Part shown: piece by piece, positions 1 to 13,467 of the stretch
Layout: each line of letters begins with the position of its first letter
Numbering within the stretch: position 1 is the stretch's first letter
Origin: Podarcis filfolensis
Taxonomy: Eukaryota
Strand: one strand, 5' to 3'
DNA length: 64,000 bases
Assembly: GCA_964270895.1 (NCBI GenBank)
Contig: OZ185440.1
Program-made: the position numbers and the translations under genes
The notes under the pieces: model-generated
The model's input: only the letters and a program-made list of their open reading frames with translations
Database searches by the model: none
Told to the model about the DNA's origin: nothing

Positions 1-3000
1 CTGGTTTAGACAAGACTCAGTAAAGCCACTAAGCTGTCTGTGGGCATGGATAGAAATGAACCTTTGGGACCTGTTGGGGAGTGAAGAACATAACACCAAA
101 ATTAAGCCAAGTCTATCTCTTATATTTGGTTTAAAATGTTTCAGATGTCACATACATGTTTTCTGTCCTTGGGTAATTACATCCAATCTACTTCCAGAGT
201 AATTTCAAGGTATTTGCTTTGCTTCTGTTCCAAGCACACACTATAGGAAGCATTGCTATACAGGACATCCCCACTTCCTTAGTAGAGTGATTGTTCATTG
301 TTAAAGAAAACTCCATTACTCTGGAAAACAAAAGTACTGAGCTCCCCTGGAGCAATTTATCCTCAGTTGCGCAGCTTCCCCTGCTTTTCACACCATGGCG
401 ATGCAATGCAGGTAACTCTCAACGCATTTAACTTGTGCACATTCAGCTTCACACACTTGGTAAAAAGTAAATTAAAATAAAACGAGGTGGAAAGAAGGCA
501 GGGGTCAAGGAAAAAAATAATTTTGGCAATCCCAGCCACCACTGAACCAAATGTGTTTTGACTATATGCGGTTTTGGCTTTACACACTGTCTTCAGAACA
601 TAACCACAGAGTACATTGAGAGTCACCTGTGTTCCTAGCCTGGGACACAAAGAGGACAGGGCTCCCACATCTTTAATAGTGGCACAGAAGAGGGATTTTC
701 TATGGAGCTTCTGAAATTCCCTGTTCTGCACAACTAAAGGTACAGGAACCCTGACCACCCTAAATACCAGTACTCATTTGCAATGAACAAGTGGTGATGA
801 GCTCCATTAGATATTAAGAAACATATATTGTTGTTCTGAGTCTTTCACTGTCAGCTCAGGGCCTTACACTATGCGTTGTTGTTGTTGTAAGTGTGCTTAA
901 AGCACACTGATCCAAATCAGGGCCCCGCAGCAATTGCCTGATGAAAAGCAGCTAGAAGCATTTTTAACTTTTCTTTACTGAGTTGCTTGTTTGCTAATGC
1001 CTTATTCTCTCTGTGTTTCACCAATGCAAATACTTTTGATAGTTAAAGAACTCTGTGCAGACCCTGCAAACTGCACCATCACTACCCGATGGTTAAGTGC
1101 CCTGTGTGCTGCTGCTCCACAAAGAAAGGTATATTGTGTTTGAAAAGACCCAGTGTCCAGAAGACCTGCCCTGGTACGTACCATTCCAAATAAGTCCTCC
1201 ACACTCCTCTACCTTGCAGTAGGACAGAGCTACCTGTACCTGAAGCATAGCAGAGAGATATAATTTTATGTCCTAATACACAAAACTGTATGGAAGTGGA
1301 AAGCCCCTTCAAGTGGGAAGAGCACTTGCGTGACAATTCTGTGAGTACATGGGCTTGGGCCCTTCAGCTTACACTTTCCAAATTCACAGTGATGAAGGAG
1401 AACTCCCTCTGACTTCAGGAACTTCGAGGAAGAATCCTGTTGACCCTCAAACCACATGTTCCAAAATAGGCCCCCTGGCTTTTGTGGATCTGTTTTCTAG
1501 GGATGTGGCCCAAGAACTGCAGCTTCATCATTAGATGGAAGATTGCTAGTTCAGATAATTTGTATCCCTCTCTCTTACTTCCCTACTTTTATGTGGACTT
1601 TGGCTATGCAGAAGCTTGGTGGGAAACACTGAGCGAGACAGGATGGGAAACAGGAAGCTATCAAGGCTGGTGGTGGGAAATGCATTGGTCTAGCAGCTGC
1701 TGTACCACAAATAACAAACCACTTCATTCATGTACCCAGTTCCCATGGTCTAACTGCACCAGGTTCCTGGGTAAAATGACATAGGTTGGAAGGCACAGCT
1801 GGAGGGGAAGTCACAACTGTGTTCCATCTTCCACCTGACTGAGAGAAAAGTTTACCCATTGAATGAGGCAAGAGCTGGGCCTCCCTTTAGCCCTTTATTC
1901 AAAGAACACAGTTTGGCCTCCTGGTGTACCTTTCAATGGGACACACATTTCATTGAATGTATATGCATTTATATGCACACGTTTCATTTTACTTGGCACC
2001 AATGTATACAGAAAAATTGTTCACATTATTATCTTGGCTATCAGGCAACAATACCTTGTCTGTTCCAAGTTCTTCCCCAGCAGTCTTTAGTGTGATGAAA
2101 TCTGCACAGCACCTAACAAAAGCTCAGTTAATCATTTCCGACCTCCTCCCACATTCTAGCTTCTGGCTGGAACTAGGTGCAGCCTCCCTGGCTTCACCAT
2201 CAATCAGCTTTCCCCATGCCTGTTTTGTTTACCAACTGACCCAATGAAGTGTCCAGGAGAACCTAAAAGCTTGTACTTTGTGACATTTTAGTTGGCCACT
2301 CTAAGGCATTGCCCTAACCATGGAACTGGTGCTACACAGACCACTTGCCATTCTTCAAGCATGGAGAAACAGGTTACTACATTATATATTTTTGTTAGCA
2401 ATTTCACATTTGAGTTCTTTAAGAACTACCCAGTGGATGTCATTCAGACCCAGTGGCCTACCATTTTTAAATTTGTCAATAAGGCCTAGAGCTTCTTCTC
2501 TTCACACCATTATTGTCCCTCGTGTCACAGAGGCTCAAAACTGGACACCAGGAATTTAGTGTCAATGGTTCCATGCTGGGGAACATTCTTCCAGCAGAGA
2601 TTTGGCAGGGCTCTTTGCTTTTGTCTATCACACATCTCTTGAATTATTATTTTTTTATAATGCCAACAGACCTATGCAGCTTTTTAAAACGTTTTGATAA
2701 GCCAGTCATTTTAATGATTTTGTACTGTTTTCAATGCCTCTCGTAACCCCTTCCCTGTCCTCCTGTAGCTTTTGTATCCAGAAATCCAGCTGGTTCTTTC
2801 CATTCCATCAGATTGCCATTCTATGCCCTCCTTTAGGCACAAGAATTTCAGCTCACTCACTTTGGCTCAGAGGCTTCTGACATTAGCAAAAAAATACCTA
2901 TACACAATTGTTATGTGCCGGTGTGGTTGCTCAAGAGCGAACAGGCAAGATTCCCACCAGTCTTTTCCAGGCTTTATTATCTGTACAAAAACATTTACAG

Positions 3001-3284
3001 TGCAGAGCGTCTCAAGTCCATGTCTGCTCAGTCGCTAGCAGAATCTGGGAGTAGGCGGTCCTTAAACCTTCCCCAGCATAACAGTCTTTTGACCCCCATC
3101 CTTCTCCTCCCCTCTCTGCACGCAAACCGACTGCACAGAGAGGGCGCTGGCAAAGGGGGACTTGCCTCCCCTCCACTTTGCTCAGGCTCGGTATTGAGGC
3201 TCTCTCTAGCATTTTCTATGTAGGGCTTTTGTAACTGTGTGTAGGTGGCAATGGGCCCAAAGCTCAAAGGTGACATATGATCAA

Positions 3285-3704
3285 ACTCTTGAAAGACCTA
3301 CATTGGCTCCCAGTACGTTTCCAAGCACAATTCAAAGTGTTGGTGCTGACCTTTAAAGCCCTAAACGGCCTCGGCCCAGTATACCTGAAGGAGCGTCTCC
3401 ACCCCCATCGTTCTACCCGGACACTGAGGTCCAGCACCGAGGGCCTTCTGGCAGTTCCCTCAATGCGAGAAGCCAAGTTACAGGGAACCAGGCAGAGGGC
3501 CTTCTCGGTAGTGGCGCCTTCCCTGTGATGCCCTCCCATCAGATGTCAAAGAGAACAACAACTACCAGACTTTTAGAAGACATCTGAAGGCAGCCCTTTT
3601 TAGGGAAGCTTTTAATGTTTGATGTATTATAGTATTTTAATATTTTTTTGGAAGCCACCCAGAGTGGCTGGGGAAGCCCAGCCAGATGGGTGGGGTATAA
3701 ATAA

Positions 3705-3752
<48 letters not shown>
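3285..3752 (+). mobile_element. L2-clade LINE, 5'-truncated 3' end with (ATT)n tail
   Basis: Translates [25 protein letters not shown]...LRSS...AFSVVAP, the CR1/L2 ORF2 C-terminus. Ends ggggtataaataaa(tta)n. Confidence 0.85.
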
Positions 3753-3754
<2 letters not shown>

Positions 3755-4378
3755 ATCAGATTGTTTTTAGGTCCTTTCATAGGCTCATAGAATTACAGTG
3801 TTGGAAAGGACCCGAGGATCATCTAGTCCACACCCTGCAATGCAGGACTATTGTTTTAAGTACAATAAATAAAGCAGTGTTATTTGTTTATTGAAGTGGA
3901 TTCAAGGTAACAATATCCTGTAGGGATATTGCATTTTTACAATGCTCCGACTACAGCCTTTTGTCCCTGGCAAAATATGATTCTTCATGACTGATCATAC
4001 ATCCATTGTAATTGCCATATGAAATGCTGCCATGCATAGATGCCTACTGTGTAACATGCACAAGATCACTAGTGAGTATCAAAAGAGCCATCCTCCCCAC
4101 ACCAGACCATGCATGCCCTATTTTATGACCTTTCAAATGTTTCATTTTCTTCGGATATTATGAGCAAACTCCCTGTGCGCCCTAATCTCAGTGCCAATGA
4201 TGTCAATCACCCTGATGCTGATTGTAGGCCTCAGTGCAGTATTTGCAGCATGAAGATTGCTTTGTCTCTCTTCCTTGGCCACCATTTGGCCGTAGCAGCT
4301 AGTAAATGGAAAGTGGCAGGCAGGCAGGATGACACACAATACTTCATGAAGTCTGACCTCATGCCTGAACCTGCAATA

Positions 4379-4751
4379 AAAAGCTAAAGGTAAAGGACCC
4401 CTGACAGTTAAGTCCAGTTGCAAACAACTCTGGGGTTGCAGCGCTCGTCTTGCTCTATAGGCCAAGGGAGCTGACATTTGTCCGCAGACAGTTTTTCTGG
4501 GTCATGTGGCCAGCATGACTAAGCCACTTCTGGCGAAACCAGAGTAGCACATGGAAATGCCATTTACCTTCCCTCCCGAGTGGTACCTATTTATCTACTT
4601 GCACTTTCTGGTGTGCTTTCAAACTGCTAGGTTGGCAGGAGCTGGGACCAAACAACAGGAGTTCACCCTGTTGCGGGGATTCAAACTGCTGACCTTCTGA
4701 TCAGTAAGCCCTAGGCTCAGTGGTTTAGACCACAGCGCCACCCGTGTCCCA
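4379..4751 (-). mobile_element. Sauria SINE, full length
   Basis: Reverse complement of the Sauria SINE (aaaggtaaagg tail ... gtgctttcaaactgctaggttggcag ... cacagcgccacccg). 13-bp TSD tgaacctgcaata at 4366-4378 and 4752-4764. Confidence 0.92.
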
Positions 4752-5904
4752 TGAACCTGCAATATGTACATATTTTATTGTTTTGCTGTGGAACTAAAGA
4801 GACCAGAAACCTACCCTTTGGAAAATCTTATGCAGGATTACCAAGGAAATCGTTAATAGCTTATTTGGGAACTGATGATGCAATTATAGACATATAAATT
4901 TCAATACTTTCTGGTTTCATTCCATATTTGCTATCTTTTGCAACCTTTTTGTCGGATTAATTTTTTACATGGATTTGTCAAACATGTGTATTTACAGAGT
5001 ACACTTCTTTAGAATATGCCTAATATACTAATATATGCCCAGCATTGCTGTTGACCATCCTTCAGAGCACAGGAAATACCACGCCTTAATCTGTGGAAAT
5101 ACGTTCCAATGAAATGGGTTAAGAGCACATGACTGGAGATTCTGTCATCCATGGAGTTCTTGAACCTTCAAGCATTTTACCCCATAAGAGTTCCTTTGAA
5201 ATGCTTGTGCAAAAAAGTTGGCTAGCCAAATGTTACTCAACCCCTGTAACTGTGCCACAGCCAGTTACAGCATTATCAGCAGGTATTAGCGGGTGATAAA
5301 TGTGTATCATCAAATGTTTCTGCACTTAACATTACTATTAAAGGTATGCAAACAGACCATGTCTTATTAGTTGGCAACCCTGGGGAGTAAGAAATATTCT
5401 GACAATTGCTAAATAAGAATAAAACAGCAGCTTTGACAGCAGCTTGGTCTGCAGAAATCCAGAAGTGAAGCTTTTCATAGCATGGAGATTAACATTATCA
5501 CATAATGTTTGCCAAATAGTTAAAATACACAGCTGCAGGGTCTAATTTAGAAGATGGGGAACCCTACCAGCAAGCCCCCAGCTAAGTCAAGTTTTGACTT
5601 AACCATCTTAGTCTTGGATCTCTATGAAACCTTTTTCTAGTGCTCTAGGACTGTTTTGGATTGAGATACAATGTGCCACTTGCAACAGAATATCCTGAAA
5701 ACTCTAATGTTTTTGATTAACTTTGTACCAGATTGTATCTAATGAACCAATAACACAAGCTGATCTGAATCGCTTGGGAACCATAAGAATTTCATTCAGC
5801 TTTTCTGTGGAAATGAACTGGGTTGTTGTTTCTTCTGGTATTGCTAAGCTGCTGACAGGAAGAAATGCAAGGCGAACATGTTCTCAAGATGGAGTTGATG
5901 ACAA

Positions 5905-6114
5905 CCTGCCAACCTAGCAGTTCAAGCACTGCTCTGGCGGGAAGGTAAACAGCGTTTCCGTGCGCTGCTCTGGTTCTCCAGAAGCGGCTTCGTCATGCTG
6001 GCCACATGACCCGGAAGCTGTACGCCAGCTCCCTCGGCCAATAAAGTGAGATGAGTGCCGCAACCCCAGAGTCAGCCACCACTGGACCTAATGGTCAGGG
6101 GTCCCTTTACCTTT
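5905..6114 (+). mobile_element. Sauria SINE, 5'-truncated and internally deleted
   Basis: ctgccaacctagcagttc...gtcatgctggccacatgacccggaag...ggggtccctttaccttt. Confidence 0.88.
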
Positions 6115-9100
6115 ATCTAGGCTAATACTACAAAATGCCAAAAGTCTCCAGTGACTGCATTCCAAGGAATGCAAAACCCTAGATCAATGCTTCCATCCCT
6201 GGAGTCCTCACCACTCTGAGAATTGGTGTGCAAGCTTCTAACAATATTCTCTTGCGGACTCCTTAAAATGGGAGAATCCAGGTATCTAAGTGAAGAGATC
6301 ATGAGCAGGGCAAGCAGTTCAGAACTGGAAGGAAGCAGTGAAGATGGCCTAGTAAGTTTCCCTTCCCCACTGGCAAGCTTTAAAGATGAGGCATGACACA
6401 CTCACACACAAGACTCTTGCACCTTGCAGGAATGTTGAGGTTGCAAACTCATGCTCCATCGGTGAAGGTGGGTCTGCTCCCCTCTGTGAAGGTGGTGCCT
6501 GGTTCTAGGTTACAAGGCTACACCCTCCTGTTCAGTCATTGCCACCTCATATTCAGCCTCCCCACTTGGGTGGTCCTCCCCAGCCTCCACTGAGGCTCTC
6601 TGCCCCACAGAAAGATCAGAGGGCCGAGATGACATCTCTGCTCCCCCTTCTAGAGCGGCTGAAGTTGAGGCAGAAAGGGGAGACCTGCCATCCTCCATTC
6701 CAAGTTCCCGTCCTGCAGCCCAGCCCTGCCCAGCCCTGCATTTCTTCCTTCTCCTGTGTGAGGCCCTGCCAATCCAAGCCTGATCCCAACAATGCTGCAA
6801 TTTTTAAAATTATCTACTGTGGGTGCTTCTACATTGTAAATTAAGATTGTAAAGGGTTTGTTAAGATATTGCAAATGGGTCGTTGGCAACAGGTTTGGAG
6901 AGCAGTGTTTTTTGTTTACTTCTAGAAAGGGTAACTCTAAATTAAATGGGGGCGTGTGTGTACTACAAGCTGCTGATAAGGAGCACCCATCCCTCTATCA
7001 GAACCCATGTGGAAGCACCCTGTATTCCTCAGTAGCCCAGTAGCTAATGTTCTGTTTTTTCAGCTCATCCATCGTTAGCGCTGAGTAATAACAAATGTAA
7101 ATGAATAAATGCCACAATGATGAACTATCTTTCCTCTCCTTCCTTAGAAAGAGGGTGATCTCAATTCAGAATTATCCACAGATTCCACCCTTGCCTCCAG
7201 TTCCCTTCACTAAGTGTTAAGGGCTGGAACTGCAGCTATGGATATAAGCCACCATTCACTCACTTGCAGAGGAAGAAACAAAAAACTATTCTTGAGCTGG
7301 CAGCGTCTGGTGACCTGGGTCTATGTAACAAGCACAACAACAAAATTGGGGGTGGTGGGGTTTTGCTTTCACTTTCCGCAGCTATTTAGCCCTTGTCCAG
7401 CAGAATGAAAGCCTTGCTTGTGCACCAACAGTACTGCTGAAGCCAATTGTATAGGGCTACATGAAAGCGCTTGCAAAAAGCCAAATCTTTGCTCAAACGG
7501 ATGAGGAAGGATTGTGTTCTGATGACTAAACTTCTCCGCTATGGAAAAAGAAAGGATGCATTTTGTCATCCATCAGGTGTTAGGCCCTCAAAAGCCACTA
7601 GTCCAAGACAACTAAATGGGTGGGAGTCCTTTGAGCCAACAGCTGGCGCTGCTGGGGCATCAGGAAATGGGTTGATAGGACATCCACTTTTTTCCATGTC
7701 ATCAATGAACCCACATTAGTTTGATGGCGCTGCATCCTGACTTGGGGATTTCCAAGCAAAGAAGGCTATTGGAAACAGATGTGTTTACACAGACATACAC
7801 AAAGATGAACTCGTGGATATAAATTATAATCCTCTTTGTACCTTGCAAAGGGGTGCTGCTGTATTTTGTTCCCCTCCGGGGGGCTGGGGGGGAAGACACA
7901 CACACACATCCTTCACCTGTGGCTTCTCTGTCTGCTCTACCTCTCTGTATACTTTTGATTTATCAGCTCTTAAGTGACAGATGACTTTAGGAGGTTATTG
8001 ACATTACTTATTTGTCTGCAATTGACCAGGCAGTGGAGCCCCAAGAAATACAGTGAGATCAGAACAATCAATGGCATTGAGATTTAACCTGAACACATAA
8101 ATATTGTGGTAGTCAAAGCTTTTAAATATCACTCGCAAGCCATTGGTACATAAGCAGGCATGCACTTTTAAAAACAAAAAGTGGGGGCTAATCACATTTT
8201 GTTGTATTTAATAAGAGATTTTCTTTCTGAAACCGAACAAAGAAAAATATGATTCCACTTCAACAAAATTGTGACAGGCAGCTGTAACATGGACAAAGCA
8301 GCAGCAATAACGTCCAGACCCTAGACCAGGAGTGGGAAAACAAATTTCAGCCAAATGGTCTTCCGGGATGGGAAGTGCCAGAGGCAAAAGTTGGGTGGAG
8401 CAGCAGAATTGACACTTACCTTTGTACACAAAAGTCAGAGGTTTCACACACACTCCTCTCCATCCAGAAAGGCCAAAGGCATGATCAGCACTCAAACGTT
8501 TCATTTCAGCAAGGCAAAAGCACTTGAAGAGGACATGGAGAGCAGGGCTGGTAAGGAATATGGCCTGGGGGAAACCCTGAAACTCAGGCAGAGAGGTTTG
8601 GAGGCAACATTTGGCCCCTGACACTGAAGTTCCCAAGCCCTGACACAGAATTTCTGTCTCTTCCTGAAGTTATCAGCCATAAAGAACACAGCCAGAGTTT
8701 AACTGGAAAAGAGCTGGTGTGGGTAATTTTATTCTTTGTGACTAAAAGAGGGTTTTCCCCCTCCTAGGGGTGCTTACTGTCCTTCTCCCTAATCTGCCTC
8801 ACACAAACTCCCTGAAACCTCATGGCTTGGAGAACTGGTGTGTACATTATATTATCACTTAAGTGTGTACTTAAGCAGCAGACCTCCGGAAAGAAAAGAA
8901 ACAAAATGAAAGAATCACAAATGAATAATCAGCAGGAGGGAAATCGTATTGGGAAGTCATCATCTAACAGGTGCTTGGAGCACTCATGCAACCACATTTC
9001 ACATAGCAATCATATTTCTCCCAATACGGATTGTAATTTGGGTGCTTGGGCAATGCAATGTCCCACCCAAAAAGCAGACGATGAGAAACATGTGGACAGG

Positions 9101-10904
9101 GCACACCAGAGGAAAAAGAAATGTGCATTTATTGCTCAACAGATGATTGTGCAAAAAGGCCCTCATTACGGAGGACGTTGGCCAGGCAGCCACCCAGCTG
9201 ATGGTACAATGATATCCTTTCTTAGAGCCCAAAGAGGTTGAGGCACAAAAAACCAAACCTGCTTGGAATGGAAAGCGGCCATGGTCTGGAATGAACACCA
9301 CCACTGACATGACACAAGCGGGAATGCAAGCCACAGAGAGACAACTGAGCTCCCTGCTAGTTCCAGAAACAAACTCCATTCACCTCAACGGTTGAGTAAA
9401 ACTGGACTGGGGCAGGGGAAGCAGGAAACTGAAATGGCACCCAGAGGGACCCCAGATTTACTTGGCTGTGGCTTTGCCTGTCTTAATTTAACATGAAAAA
9501 CATGTGGGGTAGAGTGTAGTTGCAAGGAGGTGATAGTGCAGGCTTGAATTGAATTCACATGCAGGTGTCAAGGTCCAAAGGAGGCTCAGGTGGAGACATT
9601 TTTGGTCAGGAAGAAATGGGTGGGCACCTCCAGGATACCTGTTTATGCAACCTGCCTCCTGATTTGTTTGCATGGAGGATTAGATGAAGTTGCATTATCT
9701 CACACTTTCCATTGAAGCTTGCTGTCACTTTTCATATCCCAAGAAGTTTATTTTTTTATTTTTTATTTTTTTGCAGAAGTGAGTTTTCTGCACAAGACCT
9801 CCAATCAACTGAATTTATCAGACTGTTGCAATTTTTTGGTGCAATTTAATCTGGAAGCACCCAGATACGGGGTGGGGGGAGAGGTATCCCACTAACTTTT
9901 CAAAAAAAATGGGGTGGATGTGGCTCTAGTCCCTACATAACTGGGAGGAGAGAGGGAGGAGAACATAGAACCAGGTTCCTGTTAGCTTTCCTTCGGTTTT
10001 AAAAGTTCTCACAGATTTGGTCTTTCACGCAAGAGTTATACTAAGAGGGAAAAATCCTCTTGAAACAACACTAAACAAAGGTTTCACAAAATAATGAGGG
10101 CGCTGCCTTGAACAAGCAGCCTTCGTTGTTTCTCTTTCCCTTCTCCATTCTAAGCTAGACTGATGCTCCAGTGCCAGTAGGGAAGTTGCATGGCCTCTGA
10201 AGAATTTTTAAACAACGCTTGAGCAACCAGCTCATAAAATGACCTGAAGGAGATGAGTTGTGCTGCTCATGCTGTTATCCAAACTATGTATACTCAGATA
10301 TAAGTCCTGTTAAAGTCTATGGATCTTACTCCCAGGTAAGCAGAGTTCAAACTGCAGCCTCTGTCACTGACTGGATTACTCACTACGATGACTCTCATGC
10401 AACCATGCACTACACAAGAGCCACAATGTTGTTTCTGTGGAGGAGGAGATAATTGCATCTTCTCGTAGAAGTATCAGATTTTCCCCAAGCACAACAGTGT
10501 GTTGTTGAGTGCTTAGTGAATGCAACTAACCCACAACAAAAGTGCCACCATGAAGGAAGACGTGCTGATTGTGTGCAACAAATGAGAAGCAAATGTGCAT
10601 TTATGTTGTGGAGGGGAAAAACACCCTTCTAAGAATTCTGGTTACATAGAAGGGAGACGCCACAATGCGCAATGAACAAAGTGATGCTTGCTGTCATGAT
10701 GAGAGCCAACAGATGATCACACATTGAACTGGCCTCGAACTCTTAGCTTATGCTAACATGAGCAAGTCCCTGAGGCTCATTGAAATGAAGGTGGTTACAG
10801 CTGATCTGCTCCAGTTAAGCTTCTGGTCCCTAAGCAAAAAAAAGATAAAGGAGCTAATAATCACAGCAGTAGTTCCAAAAGCTGATTTATTTCCCACCTT
10901 TTCT

Positions 10905-11050
10905 CAAGGTGGTGTACAGTATTCTTCCCACCTTCCTCATTTTATCCTCAATAGAACCCTGTGAGGTAGACTGAGAGACTATGACTGGCCCAAGGTTACC
11001 CAGTGAGCTTCACTGCTGCGTGGGAATGTGAACAATAGTCTCCCACTGCT
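10905..11050 (-). mobile_element. Old CORE/MIR-like SINE fragment
   Basis: cctcattttatcctc...ccctgtgaggtag...cccaaggttacccagtgagcttca. Similar fragments near 26300-26560, 37460-37590 and 57990-58130. Confidence 0.5.
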
Positions 11051-11840
11051 TCACTCGTCCAATACTAACTGCTACTTGTCCTGAACCTCTGGCCTGCATG
11101 GCAGCAAGTCAGTATGTCAGGTTCGGGGGATCAAGCCACATAAGCCAAGTTCAAACATCAGGAAACGCAGTCCATGGTCAATCCAAGCAGCCAGAATACA
11201 GTCTGGAGTCAAACCTGAAGCACAGTTCCATAGAGGTCCAGGAGCATTCAAGCCAAGGTCCATCAACATGGGCACCTCAGCTCTGCTTCCTTTTTATACT
11301 TTGCATGCAGCATCTGGGCTTGAGGAGGCAGGTGACCCTCACCTGTTCCAAGCCTCCTTCAGCTGAGGAATCACACCCCTCCTTCCCAAGCTAGCGAGCC
11401 CCACCTGGCCAGCTAGGGAGCTGGGCAGTGGCCCTTGCCTGCCCCAGCCTCCTAGAACGCCACTCCTGCTGCTCCCTGTGCCTCAGAGCCCGCTATGTCC
11501 ATGGGAAAAGGGGTCCCTCTGGCTCTGGTGATGGGTCATGCTGCTCTGGTTCCTGTGCATTGTCCTCCACCCCCTCGCCACCCTGTGAGCACTTCCTTCC
11601 CCACCCCCTGCTTACCCTGGTGTGTCCCAATCCCGGCTACACCCCATGCTGGGACCCTCTTCCTCCACTCTATCGTCCTGCCAGTTCATGACACTGCTGC
11701 ACACACACCCATCCCTAGCCATTGTCCATGCTGGCTGATGGGGAGGAAGTCAGACAACTGGAGGGAGAAGATTCACTCCTAGTTTAAGAGAATGACTGTG
11801 ACTGGAACTTGGATTTTATAGTATCAAAGAGTTCAGACTC

Positions 11841-11984
11841 TAATAGTTAATATCTTAATATTATTAATCTTAATAATAAAGATCTTATTAATCTTATTTA
11901 ATATTTATTATTATTAAATAAGATTAAGAATAAGATTAAAATATTAATCTTATTTAATAATTATTAATCTTAATAATAAAGATA
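11841..11984. repeat. Palindromic AT-rich repeat
   Basis: 16-bp inverted repeat ttaatcttatttaata (11888-11903) / tattaaataagattaa (11912-11927), a third arm at 11944-11959, and a 23-bp direct repeat at 11861-11883 and 11961-11983. Confidence 0.85.
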
Positions 11985-12914
11985 TGTCCAGGGAACATAC
12001 GTCTGAGATTCATGCATAGGATTATGTTGTCAGGCTATTTTAGTACCACTGCTGTTTTACTGTCGTGATGTTTTTATTATACTTGACTGCTGTTTGCAAT
12101 TGCTGCCCCCAGGAGTATTTTATACTAAAGATGTGGGCTCTCATTACTGTATACAAATAAATAGGCACAGGATTGCCAAGTTATTCATGCTGAGCTCTTA
12201 AGTGAGGAGGAAAGTTTGCTCCACTTAATGCATGTAATGAATTGTTGATGAATTTCTTTTTAAATGAAGATCTTCGCTCAAGGAAATCTTGATCAAAGAA
12301 GCAGGACATGGCATAACTCTTATCAAAATGTGGGCAACCGTAGCAGTTCAAAGGGTTGTGGCCTAATGATAGAACAGCTCCAGGTACAGCTTGTTGGAAT
12401 ATTCTAGAAGAAACTTGAAAATGGTCTTGAAGAAGTTGCTAGGCAATGGAAAATTTCCCCAGCAACAGGAGTCCTTATCAGGGCATGCAATCAACTCAGT
12501 CTGGGTCAGTGTAAATGAGTATGTGAATGAGTCAGCATTAGGTCTCTGGCAGGATGGCTAAAAGAGAAAAGACTATGTTGCTTTATTTGTTTTGTTCTTT
12601 ATTAATGACCAGTGTAAGGTTTTGTAAATCATAAAGACTCTGAGAAACAGAACCAAAATGGTGTTTATTCCTGCAATGGGAATTTCACTAAGAGATAGCT
12701 GGGATGCTGCTGCTGTTGCTGTAAAGAAGTAAAAGATGCAGGGAAACTTTTCTGTAAAAGGAACTCTGCTGCAGAAAGGAATGAAAACGCAAGAACAGAT
12801 GCTCACGGACCAACAGGGATCCTTGCCTGAAATCTGACAGGCAGCCAGAGCTAGGTGGACCATGAGTCTTACCTGGTATGCGCAACTTCTTATGTTTCCA
12901 ATTTCTTGTGTTCA

Positions 12915-13102
12915 GGGGTGCCAACTTGAATAAAATAATGGCGGGGCACAGGTAAGCCCCACCCTGAATAATTGATCACATGATGGGGCTCAACCACACC
13001 ATTTGAATGGCAATGCCCATCAACTTGGGAGGACAACCCTCTCAGATATTTTACTGGGTGGGGGGCAAAGAGACCTTGGGCCCTAGGAGGTGGCTCCTAT
13101 GC
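12915..13102. mobile_element. Unclassified interspersed repeat (probable non-autonomous DNA element)
   Basis: A recognisably homologous copy in the opposite orientation sits at ~59330-59495 (shared caggtgccaacttgaataaaata, ccatttgaatggcaatgccc, ccctaggag..ggctcctatg). Confidence 0.6.
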
Positions 13103-13146
13103 CTGTGTTCATATCATTTGTGACCCTGAGCTCAGCTCTCCTAATA

Positions 13147-13467
13147 AGGTAAAGGTAAAGGCACTCCTGACTGACTCTGGGGTTGCGGTGCTCATCTCAC
13201 TTTATTGGCCGAGGGAGCCGGCGTGCTGCTTCCGGGTCATGTGGCCAGCATGACTAAGCTGCTTCTGGCAAACCAGAGCAGCACACAGAAATGCCATTTA
13301 CCTTCCCGCCAGAGTGGTACCTATTTATCTACTTGCATTTTGACATTCTTTCGAACTGCTAGGTTGGCAGGAGCAGGGACTGAGCAACGGGAGCTCACCC
13401 CGTCGCAGGGATTTGAACTGCCAACCTTCGGCTCGGCAAGTCCTAGGCTCTGTGGTTTAACCCACAG
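13147..13467 (-). mobile_element. Sauria SINE
   Basis: Diagnostic SINE body. 9-bp TSD ctcctaata at 13138-13146 and 13468-13476. Confidence 0.9.

Noticed and set aside
618-650. Minus-strand peptide CPRLGTQVTL resembling my recollection of the avian CSF1 N-terminus (MPRLGSQVSL)
   Set aside because: There is no ATG at the matching position and no further CSF1-like sequence or exons nearby. It is most likely chance.
10300-10345. Apparent + strand donor cag|gtaagc suggesting an exon
   Set aside because: It is part of a common reptile interspersed repeat (…cttactcccaggtaag…), with a related copy near 13550-13580 and no coding signal.
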